From Raja brachyura (lineage: Eukaryota): a DNA stretch of 64,000 nucleotides. A model generated the notes under the pieces. The model was given only the letters and a program-made list of their open reading frames with translations. It ran no database searches and was not told the origin of the DNA. Below, piece after piece: positions 1 to 12,217 of this stretch; positions within the stretch are counted from its first letter, which is position 1; each line of letters starts with the position of its first letter. Location: the NCBI GenBank assembly GCA_963514005.1, contig OY740813.1:13950001-14014000 (forward strand), given 5' to 3'. The translations under genes and the position numbers were made by a program.

Positions 1-795
1 TGGCACCCCTTCATCCATTTTACTTGTCACATCCTCAAGAAATTTCAGAAGATTAGTCAAGCATGATTTCCCTTTCATAAATCCATGTTGACTTGGACTA
101 ATCCTTTTACTGCTATCCAAATGCCCCATTATTACCTCTTTAATAATTGACTCCAGCATCTTTCCCACCACCGAAGTGAGGCTAACTGGTCTGTAATTCC
201 CCATTTTCTCTCTCGCTCCTTTCTTGAAAAGTGGGATAACATTAGCTATCCTCCAATCCACAGGAACTGATCCTGAATCTATTGAACATTGGAAAATGAT
301 CACCAATGCGTCCACTATTTCTAGAGCCACCTCCCTGAGGACCCTGGGATGCAGACCATCAGGCCCAGGGGATTTATCATCCTTCAGTCTCATTAGCCTA
401 CCCAGTACTATTTCTCGCCTAATGAAAATTTCTTTCAGTTCCGCTACCCCCTTAGATCATCTGTCCTCCAGTACATCTGGGAGATTGTTTGTGTCTTCCT
501 TAGTGAAGACAGATCCGAAGTACCTATTCAACTCTTCTGCCATTTCCTTGTTGCTCATAATAATTTCACCCGTGTCTGCCTTCAAAGGACCCACATTTGA
601 CTTTGCTACTCTTTTTCCCTTAAGAAGCTTTTTAAGATATCTAAGGAAGCTTTTACTGTCCTTCTTTGTATTCCTGGCCAGCTTCCCTTCGTACTTCATC
701 TTTTCAGCCCGTATTGCTCGTTTTGTTTCCTTCTGTTGTCCTATGAAAGTTTCCCAATCCTCTGGCTTCCGGCTCCTCTTTGCTGTGTTATACGT
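1..795 (-). mobile_element. CR1 LINE ORF2 fragment (linker to RT)
   Basis: Minus ORF 457-864 reads KMKYEGKLARNTKKDSKSF...NVGPLKADTGEIIMSNKEMAEELNRYFGSVFTKED. Downstream minus-strand sequence encodes NYRPVSLTSVVGKMLESII and QHGFMKGKSCLTNL, which are CR1 RT motifs. Confidence 0.9.
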
Positions 796-797
796 CT

Positions 798-933
798 GGG
801 GAAAACCCTGGGGAAAACCCATGCAAGTTACTGGGAGAACGTACAAACTCCGTACAGACCGCACCCCTGGTCAGGATCGAACCCGGGTCTCTGGCGCTGT
901 AAGGGGGCAACTCTACCGCTGCGCCACCGTGCC
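798..933 (-). mobile_element. HE1-like tRNA-derived V-SINE, 5' part
   Basis: Reverse complement GGCACGGTGGCGCAGCGGTAGAGTTG...GGGTTCGATCCTGAC contains A and B boxes, followed by V-domain GTACGGAGTTTGTACGTTCTCCC. Confidence 0.85.
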
Positions 934-2167
934 TAGCCAATATTCCAAAAGAGAACATTAGGCTGTTTGCAGCAGGTCATGTGTGGAAAATATTCTGTTT
1001 ATGGAGGGAGATCCAAGAATTACTCCGGGATGGTGAGGAGTGCTGTGACTGACAGTCAGGGTGCTAAAGAAGACACTTGGTATTACGGCCTGTAATCCCA
1101 CCTGGAGGCTGATCGGCAAGGTGTGTGCCAACCACCCAGTGCTGTGTGGCAGTCAGGTCCAGACCAAGGCACAAAACAGATGCTCTTTTTGTTTAATCCT
1201 GTAATTCATGTAGAGGCTGGAGCTTGAGTTAAAGGTGTTTGAAGAGGAGCAGGGAACTCTCCGGATGTCCAGAGAAATATATTAGCAACAGGCCTAGCAC
1301 AGATTTGCAGATGATCAAAGAAGCTCCTGGGTACAGAGCCACTGAAGGTTGAAGCTCAGCTCTCTACCCCTTTCCTGAAAGAGTCGGTATTCTTGGGCAA
1401 TGTCTTGTGCGGAAGCAGTGGTTAAACTCTGAATCACTACCTGCACTGTAGGATATTCCGTCTGCTTCCCCTTGCTCGGTGGGATGGTGAACGTTGACTA
1501 AGTTCCCAGTCTGTGGCAAGGAGGAGAATTTACATGGGCTCAATTCAGGATGGCAGCTTGGCATTTCCCCTCTTCTACACCTGGCAATGAGGGGTTTGTT
1601 GGAGACTACTTCTGTTCCACGTCAGCAGCCCTGGCTGAAGGTTGGCACTGAGTTATTCCGGCACTCTGCGCTTTATGCTATAAATGGGAAAGGTTTAGTC
1701 TCTACTCATCTCTACTCCCAAACCTTTCTTGATGTCCTCTGAGCGAGGGTTATATGTATGTAGTTGTATTTAATCTATGAACCACTGCTGTTTGTTATAC
1801 TATTCTTATACCAATCTAAAGCACTTTGGCCAAAGAGAGTTGTTTTTTAAATGTGCTATATAAATAAAAGTGACTTGACATGACTTGAGAGTGATGTGGG
1901 ACTAGCCCAATATGCCAACTTGGTTGGCACGGACAAGGTGGGCTGAAGGGCCTGTTGTCGGAGACCAATCCTGTTCCACGTCTTCAGTCATAACTAAAGG
2001 TTGGCACTGTACCCCTGGGCATCACCAGTGTAGGGAGAATCCTGTCACAACTGGGCTGTGAGGGGTTGGTGTAGGGGCATCTCTCAGAACCGGCCACTCA
2101 TCACCTTGAACCTGCCCCACTGTTTAATGAGATCTTGCCCATATTGTACCTAGATTCCCTTCATGCC

Positions 2168-2533
2168 AGATGTTAATAAGGTGGAACGGGTGCAGAAGAG
2201 ATTTCCCAGAATGTTACCTGGACTTGCGGTTTAGGCAGAGGTTGGATAGGGTAGAACATTATACTTTTGAGCATTGGAGGCTGAGGTGTGAATTTATTGA
2301 TGTGTACAAGGCAGTGTGGGGCATGGATCGAGTCAACACTGTCTTTTTCTCAGAGTAGAGAATTCTAAAACAAGAGAACATTAGCTTAAGGTGAGAGGGA
2401 GAGATTTAACAGGGTCTTCAGTGCAATTATTTCACTCCGAGGGTAGTCTGCATCTGGAATGAGCTGCCACAGGAACCTATAGAAGATGGATGCAATTATA
2501 ATGTTTAAAAGGCATTTGGGTTGATGCATGGAT
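2168..2533 (+). mobile_element. CR1 LINE 3' fragment
   Basis: Degenerate ERVQKRF/LRGDLIEVYK/RGHSLK-type coding remnants and TGGAATGAGCTGCCA. Confidence 0.75.
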
Positions 2534-2539
2534 AGGAAG

Positions 2540-2900
2540 GAGACACAAGGAACTGCAGGTGCTGGAATCCTGAGCAAAACGCATAAAGTGCTGGAGTAAT
2601 TGAGTGGGTGAGGCAACATCCCTGGAGAGCAGGGATAGGTGATGATTTAGGTTGGGGTCCTACTCCAGGCTGATTGTTGGGGGGAGGGGGGAGATCCAGC
2701 AAGTGATAGGTGGATACAGGTGAAGGATGAGGGGTGGTTTGATGGGCAGATGGACAATGGACAAAGGCCAGAGATGGGAAGAAGACAAAAAGGCGGTGAG
2801 ACGAGGAGGGGAGAAGAGGCTGGAAACTTGGTCAGAAGAGAGATTCAGGTGGAAGTGGGGGGTGGTGGTGGTGGGGGGGGAAGGGATGTTGTTAGTCTGC
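2540..2900 (-). mobile_element. Penelope-like element terminal (pLTR) fragment
   Basis: GGAACTGCAG-GCTGG...GTGCTGGAGTAA motif shared with the terminus of the PLE at 61002-62962. Confidence 0.65.
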
Positions 2901-3949
2901 TGGAGGTATGGAGCTCGATACTGTGGCTGGCTGGTGACTCACTCCTTGTTTTGGCTATTACTGCAGCCTAAACGCCAGCGGTGTAATTACCATCATTACC
3001 AAAGCTGTAACTGGCAGCTTCCTGCGTGTCAGAATTACCTCTCTGGTAATTTCTCCCCCGACAGCTGTCACCCTCCCAGGGTGATTTGAGCTGAAATTGC
3101 TGCTTGCCGGTATGTGGGACGAAGGCTGCTATTTCAGGCCTTCACGATAGTTCTCCTCACAGCACTGTCAGCGAGAATTGTTTTAATTCTTATTTTAAAT
3201 CTATATTTTGTCCTTTGAAGGCTCTGACAATCCTGTTGTGATTTGACCTCGCGTTGAATAGAGATTGTATCAAAGCAACTGTGTTTCTGTCTCATTCTTT
3301 CCCCACTGCCCGAACCGTTGATGCACGTTCCATAAAATAGTACCTTCACAGTACCTGACAATAGCTTGTTAGAAGATCGTCAAACTGTCTTCAAAGTATT
3401 TCTTAAGTGCACACGCACAGAGCAGAGCCTGGTTTCCAGATTCATGTGGAGACATAGGGCCATACAGCATAAAAACAGAATCTTCGGCCCAACTTGTAAG
3501 AGATGCCCCATCTAAGCTGGTCCCATTTATTCCATGTCCCTCTGAACATTTCCTGAGGGAAGAGCCTGAGAATAAAGAGACTTCGAATGGAGATGAGATG
3601 GAATTTTTTTAACTTACAAGTTAATTCTTGGAACCATTTCCTTAGGCAGAGGGTGGTGAATCTGTGGGATTCATTGGCACAGATGGTGGCATTGGGTATT
3701 TTTAAGCATGTTAAATTGTTAGGTTAGCGTGTCAAAGGTTGAGGGGAGAAGGCAGGAGAATGGGGTTGAGAGGGAAAAATAAATCAGACCTGATCAAATG
3801 GTGGAATAGACTGAAGAAGGGTCAACGTCACCCATTCCTTCTCTCCAGAGGTGCTGCCTGTCCCAGCCGAGTTACTCCAGCATATCGGCAGAATAGTCGA
3901 CGGGTTGATTCGCCTAATTCTGCTCCTATGTCCTCTGGTCTTATCCCAC

Positions 3950-4390
3950 GGAAAGCTTTGACAGCTTTCGTAACAGTCCACGACCCCAGCAACCCTGGTG
4001 TCATGTACAAACTTACGACAAAGTCATTAATATATATTAAAGTGGTCACAGCACAGATCCATTCTGAACCCCACTGGTCACGGACCTGTAGCCTGAATAT
4101 TCCACACCTATCCCTCCTATCTTCTCTCCTCTGTCTTCCACCAGTAGGCCTGCTCAGAATCCATACGATCAAGTCACTGTTAATCCCGTGCACCTTAATC
4201 TTCTGGAGCAGCCTACCATTGGGAACTTTATCAAACGCCCTACTAACTCCCATGTCGACAGCATCCACTGCCCTACCCTCAGCAATCGCCCTGGTCACAT
4301 CCTCAGAAAACCCGATCACGTTACTAAGACATGAACTGCCATGTCCAAAGCCCTTCTCTGCCAAATGGGAGTAAATCCTATCCCAAAAAA
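3950..4390 (-). mobile_element. CR1 RT fragment
   Basis: ORF 3828-4415 contains SSCLSNVIGFSEDVTRAIAEGRAVDAVDMGVSRAFDKVPNGRLLQKIK, a CR1 RT motif. Confidence 0.85.
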
Positions 4391-5060
4391 TCCTCTCCGA
4401 CCAAAGGGGAACCAAATTGAAGAACTAACTACCATGGTGTACCTAGTCCAGAGGGTTCAGTGTAGTGACTTACACAAATGGAAGTTATCTGTTATTATAG
4501 TGCATTTCACAATGCCCCTGTGTCTTCCAGCCTGTGCTCTCTTTATGACAGTGTGCGCAGGTAGTGTATGAGCACCTCCATCAAATTGGAAGATCGATTT
4601 TTTTTACTTTCTGGAGTTTTACTTCTTTTGTTACAAAAGGATTATTGATGTTTAAAAAAAAATTTTTTTTTAAGTATCAAGTGAATTAGGTGGTCAGGCC
4701 CTTAAACAGCTTAAGCAGCGTGTGGGACAAAATTGCCAGAGACACCAACAACGAGGAACAGTCAGGAGATTGTTTTTGACGACAAACTGGACAGAATGTG
4801 GAACCTTCGATCGCAGAAACTCAGTCGGGTCATTTTTTTGGAGTTGATTATTTTAATAATCTGTTTCATTTTTAACATGTGTCGATCTGATGCTTTTTAG
4901 TTATTAGTTAATTCAAGTAGAAGTTGATTTATCACAATATCAAGCCAGAAGAGGCGGGGTATACTGATGGGAAAAAATGTTGATAAATGCAGCTTAATGT
5001 TTAATATATGTGTACTGGCATTTTATTGGCAAAAAAAAAAAGAAGCACTGGTTACAGCCA

Positions 5061-5556
5061 AGATCGACAGAAAATGCTGGAGTAACTCAGCGGCACAGGC
5101 AGCATCCCTGGAGAGAAGGAATAGGTGATGTTTTGGGATGAAACCCTTCTACAGACTGAGAGTCGGTCGATGGGGGGGGGGGGGGGGGGGGGGGGGTGTA
5201 GGAGGGAAACTAGAGGTATGAAAAGGTTCAGAACAAATCAGAGCCGGCACCAATGACTAAGGCAAGGTGGAGCCCACAAAGGTCCATTGCTGAAGAGGTG
5301 ATAACGAAGGGATATATGGATGCGAACAGTGGACCTGGCAGGATGACTAGGGTGGGGGAGGGGCAGTGAGAGAGAGGGAACGCTGGGGTTCCTTCATACC
5401 TCTCGTTTCCCTGCTCCCTGGTTCTCGGTCTGAAGGAGGGTCTCGACCTGAAACATCTTCTATTCCTTTTCTCCAGAGATGCTGCCTGACCCGCTGAGTT
5501 ATTCCAGCATGTTGTGTCTATCTTCGGTGTAAATCAGCATCCGCAGTTCCTTCCTA
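5061..5556. mobile_element. Fold-back pair of PLE termini
   Basis: AATGCTGGAGTAACTCAGCGG...GGAGAGAAGGAATAGG (5072-5125) is inverted relative to TATTCCTTTTCTCCAGAGATGCTGCC...CCGCTGAGTTATTCCAGCAT (5461-5510). Confidence 0.8.
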
Positions 5557-5829
5557 CCCTGGTTACAGCCGCCTTTGTTGTACTGGGTGTGAGGTTGGAA
5601 ATCTGATAGCTGATGTATACACATCAGATGAACAACAATGTTTTGATGAGGTTGATTTTTGACGTCCAGCGACTGTAATTTTTTTAAGGAGGGTGACGTC
5701 ATTGTAGCATTTTGACGTAATTAAGATCCATCACGTGTTGAAATACATACAGGATGTCAGAGATTAAATAGCAGCGCTATGAATGGCCAGTGGTGTAACA
5801 AAGGGGGAGATGTGTTAAAGTCAATGCTG

Positions 5830-6160
5830 TATGTTGTTCCCGATGTTGGGAAAGTCCAGAACAAGGGGTCACAGTTTAAGGATAAGGGGGAAGTCTTGTG
5901 GGATCGAGATGAGAAAAACATTTTTCACACAGAGAGTGGTGAATCTGCGGAATTCTCTGGCACAGAAGGTAGTTGAGGCCAGTTCATTGGCTATATTTAA
6001 GAGGGAGTTAGATGTGGCACTTGTGGCTAAAGGGGATCAGGGGGTATCAAGAGAAGGCTGGTATGGGATACTGAGTTGGATGATCAGCCATGACGGTGCA
6101 GGCTCGAAGGGCCGAATGGCCTACTCCTGCACCTATTTTCTATGTTTCTATGTTTCTATG
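5830..6160 (+). mobile_element. CR1 3' end with (TATGTTTC)n tail
   Basis: MFPMLGKSRTRGHSLRI...FFTQRVVNL; 3' UTR GGCCGAATGGCCTACTCCTGCACCTATTTTCTATGTTTCTATG. Confidence 0.9.
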
Positions 6161-6535
6161 TATGTTTGCAGGCACATATGTGTTTGTGTGTGGTTTTGTG
6201 TTTACATGTGTTTGCGAGACTGCATGTGCATGAATGTGTATGTGTGTGTGTGTGGATATGAGAGTACATGTGAAGGTGTGTTTGTATGTTTGCGTGCGTT
6301 TGTATGTTTTAATGCGTCTGCGAATGTACGTGAGATTATGAGTTTGTGTGGGCGTGAAAGTGTGTGTTCCTCTTTAACTGTGCGTGAATGTGTGCATGAG
6401 GGTGAATGTGTGCACATGTTTGCATCTGAATGTTTGTGTGAGCGGGTGTGCGTGAATGTGTGAGTGAGTGAGTGTGTATGGATGTGTGTGTGAGTGAATA
6501 TGTGTGTGTTTGTTTTTGTGTGTGTTTGTGTGTGG
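6160..6535. repeat. Degenerate (TG)n low-complexity tract
   Basis: Alternating TG/TA/CG dinucleotides. Confidence 0.9.
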
Positions 6536-7077
6536 GGGTAAGGATTGCCGCAACCCCTCCCCGTCATTCTGTTTTGCCCAGTAAGACAAGCAAATTGTTT
6601 GCCGACACTGGGTTAAAACAAAGTCGGCTCTGCTGGGAGTTGAAAGACACCTTGGGGGGATATATTGATTGAGCTAAACAGAATGGTTGATTGGCTGGAA
6701 GGGCCACTGGGATGGTGCAGTGGTACTTAGGAACCAGGGGCTGTCTGCTTAAGGCCCTCTCGCCACTTTTTAAATATTGACTAGGATTGTCTCCGAGTTT
6801 GTTTTTAGAGAGCTGGTGAACTCATCTCCAAATGTTGATATCCCTCCAGAGGTTTGGCCAAAGTGCTAAAGTGAGGGCGATAAAAATCAGGTCCCTGCTG
6901 TTGCTTGTGACTCTTTGACCCTGTTAAGACGATGCTGGTTAAAGTACCAATAATGGAAAAACATCATTGAACGAGGAATTAAGGAGCTTCAGACTGGTCA
7001 TCAGTTGAGCACCACACACGTGAGTCTCTTATTTAATCATTATCAAGGACTGGTCACACCCCGGTCGGTCACACCCC

Positions 7078-8027
7078 TCAAGATTCAAGATTCAAGAGAG
7101 TTTATTGTCATGTGTCCCAGATAGGACAATGAAATTCTTGCTTTGAGAATATTGCAGGCCTAAATAATACAGAACAGATCAGTGTGTCCATATACCACTG
7201 AATATATATATACACACACACACACATAAATAAGCATACAAAGTGCAGTAGGCTAATTAAAGTTCAGATTTTGTTTGAGTTGAGTTTAATAGTCTGATGG
7301 CTGTGGGGAATAACTATTCCTTAACCTGGATGTTGCAGATTTCAGGCTCCTGTACCTTCTTCAACCTGAAGGCAGCGGAGAGGTGAGTGTGTGGCCAGGA
7401 TGGTGTGGGTCCTTGATGATGCTGCCAGCCTTTTTGAGGCAGCGACTGCGGTAGATCCCCTCGATGGAAGGGAGGTCATAGCCGATGATGGACTGGGCAG
7501 TGTTTACAACTTTTTGTGGTCTTTTCCGCTCCTGGGCGCACAAGTTGCCGAACCAAGCCACGATGCAACCGGTTAGCATGCTCTCTACTGTGCACCTGCA
7601 GAAGTTCGCGAGAGTCCTCCTTGACGTACCCACTCTCCGTAATCTTCTCAGGAAGTAGAGGTGCTGATGTGCTTTCTTTATAATTGCATCAGTGTTCTGG
7701 GACCAGATCTTTGGAAAAATGCACGCTGAGGAATTTGAAGCTCTTAACCCTTTCCACCATCGACCCGTTGATATAAACGGGACTGTGGGTCCCCACCCTA
7801 CCCCTTCCAAAGTCCACAATCAGTTCCTTGGTTTTGCTGGTGTTGAGAGCCAGGTTATTGTGCTGGCACCATTTGGTCAGTCGGTCGATCTCACTTCTAT
7901 ACTATGACTCGTCTCCATCAGTGATGCGTCCCACAACAGTGGTGTCATCGGCGAACTTGATGATGGAGTTTCCCCTATGACCGGCTACGCAGTCATAAGT
8001 ATAGAGTACAGCAGGGGGTGAGCACGC
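7078..8027 (-). mobile_element. Rex1/Babar LINE, 5'-truncated
   Basis: Minus ORF KKAHQHLYFLRRLRR...NFCRCTVESMLTGCIVAWFG...IIKDPHHPGH. The IIKFADDT motif lies near 7940-7965. (TCTTGAA)n tail at 7078-7097. Confidence 0.85.
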
Positions 8028-8807
8028 TCCCCTCTCCTCCCCTCTCCCATCGGGCAGAAAGTACTAAAGCTTGAAAGCGCATTATCATCAGATTTAGGAA
8101 TAGCTTCTTCCCCTGTTATCAGTCTTCTGAAGAGCTTCTCTTATCTCGGATGCCGAGCATGTATTCAAAATCTTCCAATCTGCCTCATCCTGGCTCTCGC
8201 TCTTTTTCCACATCTGCACTTTCTCAGTAGCTATAACACTTATACTCTGCAATCTGTTTAGTTTCTCTTTTTTACTACCTATTGTACTCCTGTATGTTAT
8301 GATTAGGCTGGATAACACAGCAAAACAACGTCTGTCACTAATGAACAAACACCAATAATCAAATATTCTGACTTTCCACATTCAAGGAGATCATGATCAT
8401 GAAACACTGCCAAAGACCAGGACAGGGGGGGCGTTAAACGTTGGTGCTTCACAGATCCAGGGGGTGCCCGGCATTGATGCTGCCCATGGCTGCTGTCTGT
8501 GTGGAGTTTGCAGGGTCCCCCAGTCTCCCATTGCTCTGGTCTCTCTGGCTTCCCCAGGGTGGCTGAATGCTGTAGAGTAGCCCTTTCTGTCAGCTAAAGG
8601 CAAAACAGAAATCAGCTTCTACCTAGGAGCTGCCGGTCAGGTGCAGGTGGACTGAGAAACATGAAGATTGGCAATAGGACCCAGGAGATTACTTAACCGG
8701 GAGACAGCAGGGACTCGAATGACCAAATGGCACCCACCTGAGTTCATAGACCCTAACCCTCATGCTGCCCCAGCTAAGAGCTGTGTTGTTCCATTGTCAG
8801 TACACGT

Positions 8808-9025
8808 AGAAACATAGAAAATAGGTGCAGGAGTAGGACAATTGGCCCTTCGAGCCAGCACCACCATTCAATGTGATCATGGCTGATCATCTAAAACCAG
8901 TGCCCCGTTCCCCCTTTCTCCCCACATCCCTTGATTCCGTTAGCCCTAATTGCTATATCTAACTCTCTCTTGAAATATTCCAGTTAATTGGCCTCCACTG
9001 TCCTCTGTGGCAGATAATTCCACTG
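8808..9025 (-). mobile_element. CR1 3' end
   Basis: AGAAACATAGAAAATAGGTGCAGGAGTAGG is the reverse complement of the tail at 6120-6150. Confidence 0.85.
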
Positions 9026-9132
9026 CAATATGGCAATTAAACACTCTTGACTTGACGCTCCTGACTAATGTCTCTTGAATCATAGAGAAACATTAAACAG
9101 GCCCTTCGGCCCAACCAATATGCCCCATCTAA

Positions 9133-9987
9133 CAGTGACGTGCGGTGAGGTCAATGACTGGGGAGGCACTGGCTTCTACCCCACCCTAACTTAGTTGTGT
9201 GTGTGTTAGTTGTCTGTGCGTGATGTATCTGGGAGGAAAGGAGAGAAGGGAGGGAGGGAGAGAAGGGAGGGAGGGAAGGAGAGAAGGGAAAAGAGAGAGA
9301 GGAAGGAGGGAAGGGAAGGAGAGAAGGGAGGGAGAGGGCTAGCGGCGGGAGTGGATGTCGGGGTCCCGAGCCGAGAGTAGATTACTCCAACGTGGGGCCC
9401 AATTGGGAGCTCTCAGCGGCCAGAGCCTCTGAATCAGCCGCCACAAATCAACGAATCAACCTACCAGTGAACCTACGTAATTGACGCTCGCTCTCCCTCC
9501 ACTGGGCTCAAGACACGCCCCCTTGTGAGGCAGACATGATCGCTGCCTCCCCTGCTGCTTTTTCATTGCAGTTTTATGAAGAGACCAGCGAGCCTAAATT
9601 TAATATATTTATACATGAAATAAGCTACCTGGACCATGGAAGGTGAGGACATGTAATGAAGGGGTCTACAAACATTACATTGGTGACATACACAGAGATA
9701 TTGCACGCGCTCCATGCAGTTTCTGAGGGGTTGCGCGATCAGAGGGGAGGCTCAGCTCGCCGCTGCCTCACCTCTCATCTTATCATGTATTTGCAGCGGA
9801 GCTGCGAAAACTTGGCAATTTTGACTATAAAAAATGATTAGATTCATATAGAAATGCCATTTATAACACAGACCAGTGGAGACATCTTTATTTTTATTTT
9901 ATTATTATTTTTATTTACTTTTCTTAACAGCTATTTTCATTGGGAGTATGCGGTTGAGGCGCTACCTCCTCTGACCGCACGTCCCTG
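9133..9987. mobile_element. Non-autonomous hAT DNA transposon (855 bp)
   Basis: TIRs CAGTGACGTGCGGT / ACCGCACGTCCCTG; exact 8-bp TSD CCATCTAA at 9125-9132 and 9988-9995; subterminal GAGGC/GCCTC repeats; no transposase ORF. Confidence 0.88.
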
Positions 9988-10254
9988 CCATCTAAGCCAA
10001 TCCTATTTGCCAGCTGTGGCCGATATCCTGCACTCTAAGGAATAGAGTTCTAGCCTGCTCAACTTCTACCCATAGTTCAGGCCCACAAGTCCTGACACCA
10101 TCCTCATAAATCTTCCCTGAACCTTTTCCAGCTTGACAACATCTTTCCTGTAACATGGTGCCCAAAACTGAACACAATACCCTAAATGTGGCCTCACCAA
10201 CATCTTATAGAACTGCAGCATCCCAACCTCTGCACTCAACACTGAGCGATGAAG

Positions 10255-10372
10255 TGTTAAAGAAGGAACTGCAGATGCTGGAGAATCGAGGGTTACACAA
10301 AAAGCTGGAGAAACTCAGCGGGTGCAGCAGCATCTAAGGAGTGAAGGAGATAGGCGACGTTTCGGGCGTTTC
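10255..10372 (-). mobile_element. Short PLE-terminus insertion with 11-bp TSD
   Basis: GAGCGATGAAG is duplicated at 10244-10254 and 10373-10383. The insert is nearly identical to 62681-62791. Confidence 0.85.
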
Positions 10373-11534
10373 GAGCGATGAAGGCCTTTTTGACCACCCC
10401 ATTTACGGCCAGTCAGAGTTCTTGTCCCAGTCGTGAGGGCTTGTCGCTGCTGAAGCACTGCGCTAGGTCGGTCGGTACACGGGAAAGCACATGAGAAGTG
10501 CTGAGCTAAAGCCCTGCTCTGCTCTCAGCTCCATTAAGTCAAGGGCAGTGACTGCTGCTTATTAAGAGACATAAGTCTGAAATACACAATTTGTACAGAG
10601 CCAAAAATGATGTGGCTCTTAAGTGGATGTGAAGAGTGTCAGGCAGACAATGGTGAAAGCACCTCAGCTTTTCCACCCAGCTGACGGTCCTGCCGTTGAG
10701 AATAAAGGGAAGCACACAGCAAACAACATTCAATGAACCCTCTCCCTCCACCATCCCCCTGCACTCAACCCCTTCCTCCCTCTGAGCTTTGAGCAACAGA
10801 TGAGCCTGCTGGCTCCACTCTCAGAACAATTGTTGCTCACAATAGTGGCAACACAATAATCTCGCTAAGGGGACTGGTACACCTTCTGCTAAATTGACAA
10901 TGGTTGGTGAAAAATGTCCTTGCTTCGGCACCCTACTCAAGGACACCACTGCTCCAATTTAAAGGCATTAATTCATTTGACAGCACAGGCCAATGAATAT
11001 ATTTGCACTCTCTGAATATTCGACACAACGCATGAGTTATGCCTTTTTGTTGCTGGATGAATGCTAAATAATGATCAAAAGCATAGTCACAAATATGTTT
11101 TAGTCTGGCAGCATATGTGTAAAACGCCACTTCACATTTTATTGGCGCAGAGTTGAATACATTTTGACTCAAAACAATCCCTTTAAGAGAGGAAGTGCGA
11201 GGGTTGTTGGGGAAAGTAAGGGGAGAAATCACAATTCCTAGACAGATATAAAGGCAGTTTGAGCACATTAACTCCCATTGAAGCTGAAAAAGTACACAAT
11301 AGAGGTGGGGGAAATCAGTCACTTAATTGAACAACTGGCCAAAGCAAAACTGCCATATTACTGGTCTGGAAGATTTCCTGTGTATGTTGTGTATTTAAGC
11401 AAGCTCTTATTAATGGCCGGGCCGGCTCTGATTTTTACCTCTGAGAGTTGCTGGGGGCAGATGGTTCCATCCATTTACAATCATTAAAACCCCTCTGAGC
11501 AATTACCAACCCACCCACCCCCACTTCACCCCTC

Positions 11535-11905
11535 TGTGTCCGAATGTGTCTAATTGTGTGTATGTATATGTGTGTAAATATGTGTGTGTTTGTATGAATG
11601 TGTGTGTAAATATGTGTGTTTATGTGTGTCTACATGTGCATGTGTTTGTATGTACTTGTGTGTATCTGTGTGAGTGTCTGTTTCAATTTGTTTATTTATA
11701 TCTATGTGTGACTACATGTGTGAGTGTGCAGGTATGTATAGGTAAATATGTGTATGTGTGCAAATATATGTGTGTTGGTGTGTGTTTGTGTGTGTGTGCG
11801 GTGCACGTATGTATGTTTGTGTGTGTGTGTTTGTCTATATGTGTGTGTGTTAGTGTGTATTTGTGTGGGAGTGTGTTTGTGTGTGTTTATGTGTGTGCGC
11901 GTGTT
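11535..11905. repeat. Degenerate (TG)n tract
   Basis: TG/TA-rich low complexity; the Cys/Val-rich ORF here is an artefact. Confidence 0.9.
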
Positions 11906-12217
11906 TTAAACCAACTTCCTCCATGAAAAAATCATCAATCAAAAATCGAATGAAATGATTAAATCAAATGTTTTAATTGTCAAAAAGAAGGTTTTAATAA
12001 CACAATGGGCTATTAAACCCTCTTTTCTACTTCAGGTCAATAGACATACAACGATGATGTCAATGGAAACCTATCAAAGCTTTATTATAAATCGGTTATG
12101 ATCTTAACAAAGTAATCTGTTTTATGGTGCAGCAGGCGGGTGAAGATTTTTAAACCCTCATCTACCTTCCTCACTTATTCCCCTGCAGCCCCTTCTGAGA
12201 CAAGATGCCCAGTGGCA

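Noticed and set aside
224-961. 245-aa plus-strand ORF
   Set aside because: It is antisense to CR1 ORF2 and a SINE head.
6160-6589. His/Thr-rich and Cys/Val-rich ORFs (also 11546-11926)
   Set aside because: They are translations of degenerate (TG)n repeats.
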